From: a virus
Taxonomy: Duplodnaviria > Caudoviricetes
DNA: 53,697 bases
Virus record (IMG/VR): IMGVR_UViG_3300044626_001013
Coordinates: 1 to 53,697 of that record
Direction: 5' to 3' (one strand)
In this document: positions 37,885-47,143 of the stretch, piece after piece
How the letters are laid out: each line of letters begins with the position of its first letter
Position numbering within the stretch: position 1 is the stretch's first letter
Program-made: the position numbers and the translations under genes
The notes under the pieces: model-generated
Databases searched by the model: none
What the model was told of the DNA's origin: nothing
Seen by the model: only the letters and a program-made list of their open reading frames with translations

Positions 37885-38430
37885 TCAGTCCTTGACCCAC
37901 ACGTTGATCTTGACGGCCGTCGTGGTGCTGCTGTTGGCCCCCCAGATCCGGTAGATTCGGCCCTGCTCACTGGTCGTGCTGGTCAGGATCGAGGGCTCGG
38001 AGTTGCCGTCCAGCCCGGTCGCCGTGGCCAGCGTCGGATGCACCTTGGCGTACGCGGTGTTGAACAACTCGGGCGTCCAGCAAGACAAGTCCTTCTGGTT
38101 GACCCGCTGGTACACTCCGCCAAGCGGCGCAAGGTTGGTGCTGCTAGTCGGCTTGTCGACGGTCCACGCAATGCTGGCGAACCCGGTCCCGCCCACAAGT
38201 TGCAGCGCCACGAACTGAAAGGCGTACCCGTTGCGAGCAGCGTCAAACAGCAACGTCGGTCGCGTCGTGCCCGGGGTGAACGCGGGGAGATTGAGCGTGT
38301 CGAACAGCGAGAACGTGCTGCTGTTGATGACAGCCTTGACGGGCGTTACCAACGACGTCGCCGGCAGCGCGAACGACACGCCCTGCGCGACGCCGTCCAT
38401 CGACCACCGAAGTTGCATGAAGTCGGCCAT
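37885..38430 (-). CDS. Hypothetical, probably structural protein
   Basis: 181 aa from MADFMQ; TAAGGAG RBS; beta-rich. Confidence 0.65.
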   Translation of the reverse strand: MADFMQLRWSMDGVAQGVSFALPATSLVTPVKAVINSSTFSLFDTLNLPAFTPGTTRPTLLFDAARNGYAFQFVALQLVGGTGFASIAWTVDKPTSSTNLAPLGGVYQRVNQKDLSCWTPELFNTAYAKVHPTLATATGLDGNSEPSILTSTTSEQGRIYRIWGANSSTTTAVKINVWVKD

Positions 38431-38440
38431 GATCGTCTCC

Positions 38441-39736
38441 TTACCCCAGTGGGCCTCTCGGCGTAGTAGGCAAGCCGCCGCCCGCGCTTGAGGGGTTGAA
38501 CAGCCTGCCGTTCCAGCCGCCACCGCCACCGGCACCGGCACCGGCACCGGCACCGCTGGGACTGCCGCCCGGACTACGCAGGTAGTTGCCAAGCATCATT
38601 CCGCTCATGTTGCCGATGGTGTTGGCCCACGATGCCTGCGCCATCGCCCCGGGATTCAGCCCGGGAAAATACTGCTGCGTCGACCGGCCTGCCCACGGGT
38701 TGGTCATGCCGCTGCTCAACAACTGGGTCTGAAGGTTGATCGGCTGGGCTCGGTAGCCCAGCACTCGGTCCTGATTCCCCAGCATCATTTGGGTGCGACC
38801 AGTCAACCGGTTGTTGAGCAACGACGTCCGGTCGCCTCGCAACTGGTTCATCATGCCGATCTGAGCATCGTCGATGCTTGCCAACTGCTGCTGTCGGGCG
38901 TTTTCCAACTGCTCGGTTGCCCCGGTCAACTGGTTCCCCAGCACCGTCGAGTTCCCCAAACCTCGCGCCAGCAGCGACGACTGGATCAACCGGTTGTTGC
39001 CCGTGCGGGCGTCATCCATGTTCCGGTTGATCAACTCTCGACGCTTGTCGCCAAACCGCTGCGTTTCTCCCAAGGACGCGTCCATGTCACGCGACAGCGT
39101 GTTGGTCGCCTGGTCGTACTGGTCCATGGCATCGCGGCCCTGCTGCTCCGCGTCGCGAGCCAGCGTGTCGTAGCCGCTTAGGCTGCCGCCAATCTTCTTG
39201 TACTCGCCAAGGTCGAGGGCGTCTTGCGGAATGGCCTTGGCATCGTTCTCGATGGTGGCGGTCAGGTCATTCTTGGTGCGAAGCAAGGCGTCGATGTCGA
39301 CGCCGTCGGCTCGGGCCCGTTTCTTGTCGTACGTTGCGGGCTTCCAAACCTGCCTGTTGACCAACCCGTTCCCGCTTCGCTGCTTGACCCAGCGACCGCC
39401 TCGGCCGTACTTCTGGAGGTTGGCGTCCACATCGCTCAGTTGGCTGTTGAGGGCCGTCAGCCGAGCCGCGGCGTCGGGATTGCGGAACAACTGCCGCAAC
39501 TGATCCTGCCCCATGGTCCCGGCCAGCATCTGGTACGCGCGGTCGCCGCCCAGCAGCATGGCCAGTTGCCTAGCCATGCCCTGGTTCAGGTTGGTCTGGT
39601 CAAAATCGCGGTTGTCCTCGGCCGCCCTGATCTGCGAACGCGCCGCGTCTCTGGTGGCGTTGGCCGCCATGCTACCGCCGATAATGCTGCCGATACCGCC
39701 GATGATGCCGCCAAACCCACCGTCAAAGAAACTCAT
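38441..39736 (-). CDS. Putative DNA pilot/ejection protein
   Basis: GGFGGIIGGIGSIIGG N-terminus, Q/N/A-rich helical body. Confidence 0.65.
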   Translation of the reverse strand: MSFFDGGFGGIIGGIGSIIGGSMAANATRDAARSQIRAAEDNRDFDQTNLNQGMARQLAMLLGGDRAYQMLAGTMGQDQLRQLFRNPDAAARLTALNSQLSDVDANLQKYGRGGRWVKQRSGNGLVNRQVWKPATYDKKRARADGVDIDALLRTKNDLTATIENDAKAIPQDALDLGEYKKIGGSLSGYDTLARDAEQQGRDAMDQYDQATNTLSRDMDASLGETQRFGDKRRELINRNMDDARTGNNRLIQSSLLARGLGNSTVLGNQLTGATEQLENARQQQLASIDDAQIGMMNQLRGDRTSLLNNRLTGRTQMMLGNQDRVLGYRAQPINLQTQLLSSGMTNPWAGRSTQQYFPGLNPGAMAQASWANTIGNMSGMMLGNYLRSPGGSPSGAGAGAGAGGGGGWNGRLFNPSSAGGGLPTTPRGPLG

Positions 39737-39851
39737 GGTCCAGCCCGCCTTTCGTCATGCACGCGCGTGCTGCGTCGCGACGTGGATTGCCTTGTCATAA
39801 TAGCGACTGAGGCTCTTTTTGCGTTGTCTTGATGACCTCGCGTTGCTTTTG

Positions 39852-40001
39852 TTACACCCACACGCCGGACACCTTGAAGAACACGGTGGCCGGTTGCCAC
39901 GTGCCAGCCACCTTGATGTACGTGACAGTCGCCAACTGCCACGTCCCCGACACCTTGATGTATGAGCGGGTACCCGTTGAACGAAGCAGCGTCAGCAACA
40001 T
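39852..40001 (-). CDS. Small protein with three (Y/F)xKVxGxW repeats
   Basis: 49 aa: YIKVSGTW, YIKVAGTW, FFKVSGVW. Confidence 0.6.
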   Translation of the reverse strand: MLLTLLRSTGTRSYIKVSGTWQLATVTYIKVAGTWQPATVFFKVSGVWV

Positions 40002-40002
40002 G

Positions 40003-40167
40003 TCACACCAAGCCTTCCAGCGTGGTGACGGTGATCTGCGTCGTGGCGATGCTTTCGTCGAGCGATGCGACCATCGTGGCATCGCCCTGCGACCACGCAT
40101 AGTCTCGCTGCCTGCTCAAGGTGGCGAGCCTGTTCCGGGCGAGTTCGATCAGTTCTTGAATGGTCAT
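40003..40167 (-). CDS. Small helical protein (not in the ORF track)
   Basis: Hand translation MTIQELIELARNRLATL...LEGLV, 54 aa; AAGGTG RBS; fills the gap. Confidence 0.65.
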   Translation of the reverse strand: MTIQELIELARNRLATLSRQRDYAWSQGDATMVASLDESIATTQITVTTLEGLV

Positions 40168-40183
40168 GGCCAATCACCTTTCA

Positions 40184-43111
40184 TCATGGTGCGAAGTACC
40201 CTTGCAGGTTGGCGTACACCGCCCCTGCACCGGATGCCGTCGCGGTTTGGATTTGCACCGCCGTGTTGACAGTCCCGCGAAGCGGCACGGAGAAGTTGAT
40301 AAAGCGTGGTGCCGCACCAGCGGTTGGAATCCTTTGATTCCAAAGCACCTTGTGGAACGTCGCGGTGACACCAGTTCCACTGATTGCCACGGTTGAACCG
40401 CCGCGAGTTGCCGAAATCGTGATGTTTGCGGCGACAGGAACCGCGTTGACGTAGTAGGTGACGCCGGTCGATATGCCGGTCACAGTCGTGGCCGTGAACA
40501 CGATTGCATCACCTACCGCAAGGTTGTGTGTGACCGAAACCACCAAGTTGTTGCTGGCAATCGTCTGCGACGAACAGGTCAGGTCGGGCTCGCGGATGCG
40601 AAAATCGGTTGCGTTAGTGAGGGCCTCCGCGTAAATGTCGATGCCCGTCACGTAGTTACGGATGCCTGTGCCAGCAGCCTCCTTGACCTGAAGCGGCGTA
40701 GCGGTATTGACCAATCCGCCAATGTTTGCCGGAGTCTGCCAATCGGTTTCCGGCAGCGAATAGGGCTTGACGATGCCAGCACCGATCATCGTGCCCATCC
40801 ACGCCACGCTGTCGCCAGCAGCCGACATGGCCGAAATGTTCACGTTGCTGGCTCGGAGTCCAGCGGTCACCGGATTGCCGATGGCCGCGTCAACCGCCAC
40901 CGTTCCAGCCGCCGCAGCCGAGGACACCGAAAGGGTGCCTGACTGCACCACCACGGGAGCCGCAGCGGCAACGTCGCCGGATGGACGAGGCAGGGTTTCC
41001 ACACGCTGGCGTTCGTAGTCGAACACCCGCACGAAACTGACCCGCAAGCAGGTGCGACGAATCACCGCGCCGCCGCAGTTGGTGGTTGCGAAGTTCGCCG
41101 GAGGTGTTCGCTGGCCCGGGAACGGCAGCACAAGAACAAGAATCGTGGTGCTGATGCTTGCGATCTTCCACGGGCCATCGACGCCGAGCGTTGCGCCGGT
41201 CGTGTTGTCGCGGCACCCGACCAACTCCACCATGTCGCCAATGCTTGCGATTGGTGCGGCCCAAGAAGCCGACCCGGTAAGCGTCAACTGCCTTGTGCCG
41301 TCAGCCAGCGTCGTCAGCGTTGCGTTCTGGGCAACCTGAGCGGCCACACCAAGAGCGGACGGCAGGTTGCCGCCATGCACGCGAGCGACGAAGCCGCCGT
41401 AACTGGTGACCGTGCCCGCCGTGCCGATGACAATGGTGAAACTCGTTGCGCTCGGAACCGTGGCGACCGCCGTGGCCGTGGCGAGGTTCGGGAACTCGGT
41501 GGCACCCTGAGCGCGGATGCCGTAGACCGTGACGAGATCGCCCGGCAGCAGGCCGTGCGACACATCGGTCGTGATCGTGGCGGTAGTGGTGCCGGTCTTG
41601 ACCGCGCTGACGATCTGTGCGTTCGGAACCGTCAGGCTCTTGGCGTTGACTGCCTTCAGCCGCAGGCGATACGTTTCGCTTGGGCTCGGACAGACCTGTG
41701 TGCGAAGGGCGCGAGATGCCGTCTGTGCCGTCGCATCCACCACGCTGTCCGCAAACTGCGTCCGGTCGGCTTGAAGAAACAACCGATACTCGCTTGTCGG
41801 ACCCCACGAATACGTATAGGCAGCGTTACCGGCGAGTTGGATCGGTGCCGTCGTTGCCACCGTGACCGAGTGATTGCCCGCAACCGTGCCAGACGGCAAG
41901 GCATCTCCGCTTTCCGAGCGGAAATAGAAACTGGAGTTGGTGGCGGTCGCGTTCTCAAAGATTTGAGACACGCCGTTTCGTGCGCGACCCAACCGCTGCC
42001 TTGCAAACACGGACCCGAGAAGTGCGGCAGGCGCAGTGGTGTCCACCCAAGTGACCGCAGTCGTGCCAACCGTCGTCACCGTGGCACTGAGGTAGTACTC
42101 CTTCTGAGCCTGCGTGCTGCCCTCGGCGACGAACACGCTTACAGCAAACAACACGCCCGCCACCACCGTCAACTCTGCGGTTGTGTCGAGGTCGGTCGCG
42201 CGAGTCAACACCCACGGAGTACCGGCGGTGCCAACCGTCGTCAGCGTGTAAACGCCGTTGTTGGCTCCCGTCGCCTCGTTCTTGACCAGCAGTCGATCAT
42301 TTTGAACGAGGGTGATTCCATCCTGTGCCGGGAACGCACCGTTTGCCGTTGCCGTGAGCGTGGCTCCCACGCCAGCCGTGCCGTTCGCGTAGGTGTTGGC
42401 TGCCAGAGCCGCAGTGGTTGCGGCACGAACCGTTGTCGTGTATGCCGACAGGGACGGGATTGTGCCGCCGGGGCCTGCCGTGGCCGTGAACTGCGTGGGC
42501 GAGGGAACGGTCGCCACGACAAGGGCGGGGTAGTTCACGCGGGAATCAACCACGCCCCTGATCCCGATGGCGCGACCAACCGACAACCCGTGAGGGGCGG
42601 CAGTCGTGACCGTCAGTGACGAGGCGGCCTGCTGAATCGTGTAAATCGTGATGTCAGCGGTGTCTGCGATCAGTGTGCCGGTGTCAACAGTCTCGACGCT
42701 GAACTCTTGCCCAAGCGTTCGCTGGCTTATCGACAATCCAACCGACTGCTCGACCGGCATCCCGAACGTCGCCACGGTCGAGACGGAACTCTCGGTGCTG
42801 TTGCTCAGCGGGGACTTGCTGACAACAAGATACGACGCGGCGGCAGCGTTGCCGTCCACGAAGATCAGGTCGCCGGTTCCCTTCACCTCGGTCCACTTGC
42901 CGCCCGCAATGGGGTCGTACGACTCAAACGCCTCGCGGAACTTGGCCGTGATGTTGCTTGCGGTGACGGGTAGCGGGTTGGACTCGCTGACGTCGACCGC
43001 CGTTCCATCGGCACCAACGCCGATCTTGACGCGCTGATGCAGCACGCCACCGATTTCGTCTGCGGCGACGGTCGCTCCTGATCCGGGTGTATATCCAACA
43101 TTGTCGGGCAT
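40184..43111 (-). CDS. Tail fibre/receptor-binding-like structural protein
   Basis: 975 aa, T/A/V/G-rich; repeated T..HGL..G modules; DRLLVKNE..ANNGVY module. Confidence 0.7.
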   Translation of the reverse strand: MPDNVGYTPGSGATVAADEIGGVLHQRVKIGVGADGTAVDVSESNPLPVTASNITAKFREAFESYDPIAGGKWTEVKGTGDLIFVDGNAAAASYLVVSKSPLSNSTESSVSTVATFGMPVEQSVGLSISQRTLGQEFSVETVDTGTLIADTADITIYTIQQAASSLTVTTAAPHGLSVGRAIGIRGVVDSRVNYPALVVATVPSPTQFTATAGPGGTIPSLSAYTTTVRAATTAALAANTYANGTAGVGATLTATANGAFPAQDGITLVQNDRLLVKNEATGANNGVYTLTTVGTAGTPWVLTRATDLDTTAELTVVAGVLFAVSVFVAEGSTQAQKEYYLSATVTTVGTTAVTWVDTTAPAALLGSVFARQRLGRARNGVSQIFENATATNSSFYFRSESGDALPSGTVAGNHSVTVATTAPIQLAGNAAYTYSWGPTSEYRLFLQADRTQFADSVVDATAQTASRALRTQVCPSPSETYRLRLKAVNAKSLTVPNAQIVSAVKTGTTTATITTDVSHGLLPGDLVTVYGIRAQGATEFPNLATATAVATVPSATSFTIVIGTAGTVTSYGGFVARVHGGNLPSALGVAAQVAQNATLTTLADGTRQLTLTGSASWAAPIASIGDMVELVGCRDNTTGATLGVDGPWKIASISTTILVLVLPFPGQRTPPANFATTNCGGAVIRRTCLRVSFVRVFDYERQRVETLPRPSGDVAAAAPVVVQSGTLSVSSAAAAGTVAVDAAIGNPVTAGLRASNVNISAMSAAGDSVAWMGTMIGAGIVKPYSLPETDWQTPANIGGLVNTATPLQVKEAAGTGIRNYVTGIDIYAEALTNATDFRIREPDLTCSSQTIASNNLVVSVTHNLAVGDAIVFTATTVTGISTGVTYYVNAVPVAANITISATRGGSTVAISGTGVTATFHKVLWNQRIPTAGAAPRFINFSVPLRGTVNTAVQIQTATASGAGAVYANLQGYFAP

Positions 43112-43119
43112 GGTTCACC

Positions 43120-43434
43120 TCAATACTGAAAGTACAAGTCTCCGTTCACACCCAATCCTGCTCCGGGCGGAGTCGTGCCGGAATACACGGATACGCCCAC
43201 CCCGCCAGTTGGTCCAGTTGCTCCAGCAGGCCCAGTGGCTCCCGTGGGGCCCGTGGGGCCCGTGGCACCAGCAGGGCCGCTGCTGTAAGGCAACGCGCTC
43301 CACACAGCGGATCCGTCGCCAACCTTGAACTTCCCGGTGTCGGTTTCGTACCCAGGCTCGCCCAGCGCCAACACCGGGTCGTGCGTCGTCCAATCAGCGG
43401 CCGTCCCGCGACGGTATTGAATCTGTACTGGCAT
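43120..43434 (-). CDS. Short fibre protein (Mtd N-terminal-like domain plus collagen repeats)
   Basis: IQYRRGTAADW...GEPGYETDTGKFKVGDG then GPT/GAT triplets. Confidence 0.8.
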   Translation of the reverse strand: MPVQIQYRRGTAADWTTHDPVLALGEPGYETDTGKFKVGDGSAVWSALPYSSGPAGATGPTGPTGATGPAGATGPTGGVGVSVYSGTTPPGAGLGVNGDLYFQY

Positions 43435-44048
43435 TAGACGACTCCTCCACAGTCAATCGCAGCAATCCCACCGTAGTTGCTGTCCGGGTGCCCCCCATCC
43501 AGATTGGGTGATCCGCCGCTTCCGCCCGCCCAGTACGGCGGGCGCGGCAACCCGGGCGCTCCTAGTGGATCCAACGGTCCAATCATCGTGTCGGTGCCGT
43601 CCGCAGGGCCCAGCACAATCGCACGCACGGACCTAGACGTCCAAGACCCCGTTTGTGTGATGTCGAACGCAACTACGCCCGACCGATTCGTGAAGTACAC
43701 CGCCACACGATCCTGCACCAACTCGCTGATCAGCCCGCCTTCAGATGGTGAGGCAAGTGTCTGCTCGCCCGCTCCGGAGTCATCTTCCTCGACGCCAACA
43801 ACGACCAAGACGGCAAACATCCCCAAGCAGGGACGGCCCCCGACACCGCCTTCACCCACGCCTTGATGGCCACCCGCGCCATTGACCACCTGCACGTGCG
43901 CCGTACGCGTCAACAATCCGTTGTTGCTCCATGTCACGCGACACCGCAACGGTGGCCGGCTGGACACCGCCGACACCACACGCAGCATCTGCGTCGGGTC
44001 CAACAGACGCGTGGGTATCAGAGACGGAAATGTGAACGCAATGGCCAC
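43434..44048 (-). CDS. Hypothetical structural protein
   Basis: GTG start just after the upstream stop; ends LDGG...IDCG. Confidence 0.55.
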   Translation of the reverse strand: MAIAFTFPSLIPTRLLDPTQMLRVVSAVSSRPPLRCRVTWSNNGLLTRTAHVQVVNGAGGHQGVGEGGVGGRPCLGMFAVLVVVGVEEDDSGAGEQTLASPSEGGLISELVQDRVAVYFTNRSGVVAFDITQTGSWTSRSVRAIVLGPADGTDTMIGPLDPLGAPGLPRPPYWAGGSGGSPNLDGGHPDSNYGGIAAIDCGGVV

Positions 44049-44050
44049 GA

Positions 44051-46024
44051 CTAGAAACTGTTTATGCCAGTGATCGACGCTTCGGCTTGGACAACATCCG
44101 GTGGCGGCGGCGGCGGTGGCGGCGGGCCAGTCGATCCCAACGGGCGAACGCCGCCACCAGGGTTTGACGGGGGCTCCGACGGGCCGGTATTGGGCTGGCT
44201 CGCGGGCCCACATGGGCTGCTCGGACTTGCGATCGCGCTCAGCCTTGCCATCGACAGCCGCGGCTGTTCCTCAGCCACCACGCGGCCGCCCTCCACCCAC
44301 CACGGATGCCCCGTGCTGCTGCTCAACGTGAGAATGACCGCAGGCCCTCGAGCCGATTGGATGCACCACGGACTGAACTGCGTGATCGTCGAGGTCCAAA
44401 CTTGCGCTCGTTGGTCCGGCGTCGAAGCGTCCTCCGGGTTTGCCGCAACAAACGCCGACAACGCAAGTTCGCCGCTTGTGTTGCCAATGATCAGTTCGGA
44501 CCGTGTCACGACGACGTCGGTTCCGACGCCTGACGCGTTCAACGGCGCAAACGGACAGCGAGTCTCAAACGGAACGCCGTTGTCCGACGCCACGGACTCA
44601 TCAAACTTGAGGACGCGACCGTTGCGGGTACACACCAACACCTGCCCCTTCCAGACGGTCGCGGCAAACGGCTCGTACCCGTCCGCGAACTTGATAGGCC
44701 AATAGCCCCCGTTGTTTGCGGAGTACCCGCCCGACATCTCGTCGTACCAAAACCAATGGCCGGTGCCGTCTGTCTTGGTGAGCCACACGTGCAAGCCGTG
44801 ACGCTGCGGATCCCGAATCAACGTCACTCGGTATCGACCACGATCCTCCCTGGCATACTGGATGCCTTCCGTCAGAATGGCTGCCGACAACGCCACCGGC
44901 TCTCCCGGGCCTTGGACCGCCACCAGCCCTTCCGGCGTGTGAACGATTAGCCGGCCTTCATTCGTGGCGGCAATCGCGTTCTGTCCGCTCACTCCGTGCG
45001 ACCTTGTCACCGGAATGACCTCTGACGCCGCATCGGCCGGGTCACCCATCAGCATGAACATGGAGTTCACGCACCCGATCAGCAGGGTGTTGGCACTTGT
45101 CGGCTCGATTGCGGTCACTACGTCGTACACCGTGGCCTGACGAGCCACGCCCAGCACAATCGCCGCCCCCTGTGCCAGTTCCCCGGTGTTCAGTTGCAAG
45201 GGTTCGGTAATGGCCGAGAAGTACAGGTTGGACGACTCGGCGTCCATTCCGGCATAGGTCATTCGGGCGCGGAACTGCCGCACCAGCGTCGCCGTGGTCG
45301 TCCCTTCCGTCGTTGCCCCTGGCAGCAAGTAGGTGGGATGCCCAACTGCTACTGCGGGGACTAGCGTCCTCTGCAACACCTCCCACTTCCACGCCTTGCC
45401 ACCGCCGACGATGTAGACAATCCCGTCCCAGATGTCGGCCGACACCGGGACGTCCGCGGCACACAGATTTGTCCCGATGATGGACAAGCCGGTTCCGTCA
45501 TAACTGGCGTACAGCGTTCCGCCCGCCACCACAAAAAACACCTCGCTGACAGCCCCGGTCACGCTGGTCAGTTCGTAGGCGTTGAATCGCAACACCGCCC
45601 CGCCATCGACGTTGGTGGCCGCACCGACGACGTTTTGACGACCGTAGTCCGTTGTCGTCCACTGAACCTGCGACGAGACGCTGTCCGTCTTGAGAACCGT
45701 TGCCTCGATTTTGTCGGCAAAGTCGCGGATGCGCAGCGTGAACGCTTCGTTGGCGGCGATGTTGTGCGGCGTCGTGGCGACAGGCGCACCGGCGGCGACC
45801 CGGTTCGTGTACTTGCGAATCTCCAAGTTGGCACCGTTGATCCCGCAGAGAAAGCCGGAGCCCCCGTCACCACTTCCTCGCACGTACGCCCTGATGTTGT
45901 GCGTAGCCACCACACACTGGAGTTGCAGTTCGTACAAGCCTCGCGGGTACTCGTTCCAGCAGAACACGTCCAGCGTAGTGCCGGTATGAACAAGCGCCGA
46001 TGATGGGTACGCCGTCCACGGCAT
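44051..46024 (-). CDS. Tail nozzle/stabilisation protein (podovirus tail tubular B-like)
   Basis: 657 aa, propeller-like, LYFSAI motif; position. Confidence 0.6.
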   Translation of the reverse strand: MPWTAYPSSALVHTGTTLDVFCWNEYPRGLYELQLQCVVATHNIRAYVRGSGDGGSGFLCGINGANLEIRKYTNRVAAGAPVATTPHNIAANEAFTLRIRDFADKIEATVLKTDSVSSQVQWTTTDYGRQNVVGAATNVDGGAVLRFNAYELTSVTGAVSEVFFVVAGGTLYASYDGTGLSIIGTNLCAADVPVSADIWDGIVYIVGGGKAWKWEVLQRTLVPAVAVGHPTYLLPGATTEGTTTATLVRQFRARMTYAGMDAESSNLYFSAITEPLQLNTGELAQGAAIVLGVARQATVYDVVTAIEPTSANTLLIGCVNSMFMLMGDPADAASEVIPVTRSHGVSGQNAIAATNEGRLIVHTPEGLVAVQGPGEPVALSAAILTEGIQYAREDRGRYRVTLIRDPQRHGLHVWLTKTDGTGHWFWYDEMSGGYSANNGGYWPIKFADGYEPFAATVWKGQVLVCTRNGRVLKFDESVASDNGVPFETRCPFAPLNASGVGTDVVVTRSELIIGNTSGELALSAFVAANPEDASTPDQRAQVWTSTITQFSPWCIQSARGPAVILTLSSSTGHPWWVEGGRVVAEEQPRLSMARLSAIASPSSPCGPASQPNTGPSEPPSNPGGGVRPLGSTGPPPPPPPPPDVVQAEASITGINSF

Positions 46025-46027
46025 CAG

Positions 46028-46303
46028 TCATTTCCCGTGAAAGAGGTCGGCACACGCCGTCACAAGTGCGGTGATCGCGGCTCCGAGCGACAACTGAGTC
46101 CAAATCTTCTTCCGCTCCTCGCCCTGTTCCAAACGATCCACTCGCACCACCAACCCCTTGGACGCGTCGTCGCGGCCGTGGAGCAGCGATTCGATCCGCT
46201 CAAAGCGTTCTCGATGAACCAAGTCGAGCCGATCAATCCGCTCAAGGATCTCGCGGTTGGTCGGCTGGTGATATGCAGGCACTGTTTTGGGAGCGTCGCT
46301 CAT
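46028..46303 (-). CDS. Small membrane protein, holin-like
   Basis: 91 aa; GLVVRVDRLEQ coiled coil and C-terminal hydrophobic helix. Confidence 0.55.
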   Translation of the reverse strand: MSDAPKTVPAYHQPTNREILERIDRLDLVHRERFERIESLLHGRDDASKGLVVRVDRLEQGEERKKIWTQLSLGAAITALVTACADLFHGK

Positions 46304-47130
46304 GGAACACCGCCGTTCGTGACAATGGGCGTGGGCGAGTGCTTTTTGACCGCCCCTTTGATCCGGTCGACAATCCGCCGTGTTTGCGGAGACGTTTGAA
46401 TCGCGTTGGCAATCGTCTTGAAGTCGGGAACCTGCCCCTTGATCGCCTCCACGGTTTGCACAATCTGCGAACTGGCCTTGCGTTCGACAATGACACGCCA
46501 CGCGACGTACACCACGACCGCAACACCAGCGCACAACGCAATCAAAAGCCGATACTGCAACACGACCTGCCCGATCAGGCATCCGGCAAATACGCTCAGA
46601 CCCAACAGCGCGCCGTCCCACGACCGAAGCCACACGGCCGACACAATCGCGACCATCAGCCCAAGGAACGCGGTTGCCGCCAACAGTCGCGACAGCAGTG
46701 TGTCCTGATCTTGCTCCAACTCCTTGATGCGCCGATTGGCGACATCCAAGTCCAGCGACAACGCCGCGGCCTGTTGGAGCCCGCTTTCAATCTGGCCTGA
46801 CGCCGTCTCCAGAGTCTTGGTTGCCCCCTTCAACTGCTCGACGCCGACGGCAATCTGGTCGGTGCTTGGCCTGGCCTGCGGCACTGTGGCGACAATGTTG
46901 TTGTTGGCTTGTTCAATAGTGTTCGTTGCTTCGCCCACGGTCGCGGCCGCCGTCGAAACGTCGACATGCGCCTGTTTCAACTCGGCATGCCGCTCTTTCG
47001 ACGCGTGCAACGCATGACCACGCTTGCAGCCGGGGGCCAGCACGATCAAGGCCACCCACATTGACACGATCACGGCCACGTTACCGCTTCCGTTCCACGC
47101 CTTGATCATGTTCCGCCACATGGTTGCCAT
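46300..47130 (-). CDS. Lipoprotein with coiled coil and C-terminal TM helices (spanin-like candidate)
   Basis: Hydrophobic signal ending LAPGC, coiled coil, three hydrophobic segments. Confidence 0.55.
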   Translation of the reverse strand: MATMWRNMIKAWNGSGNVAVIVSMWVALIVLAPGCKRGHALHASKERHAELKQAHVDVSTAAATVGEATNTIEQANNNIVATVPQARPSTDQIAVGVEQLKGATKTLETASGQIESGLQQAAALSLDLDVANRRIKELEQDQDTLLSRLLAATAFLGLMVAIVSAVWLRSWDGALLGLSVFAGCLIGQVVLQYRLLIALCAGVAVVVYVAWRVIVERKASSQIVQTVEAIKGQVPDFKTIANAIQTSPQTRRIVDRIKGAVKKHSPTPIVTNGGVP

Positions 47131-47143
47131 TCGTTCGCTCCCT

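Noticed and set aside
38517-38556. GGCACC hexamer repeats
   Set aside because: In-frame Gly-Ala linker at the end of a CDS.
43120-43434. Diversity-generating retroelement suggested by the Mtd-like domain
   Set aside because: Only the N-terminal domain is present; no reverse transcriptase or TR/VR pair was seen.
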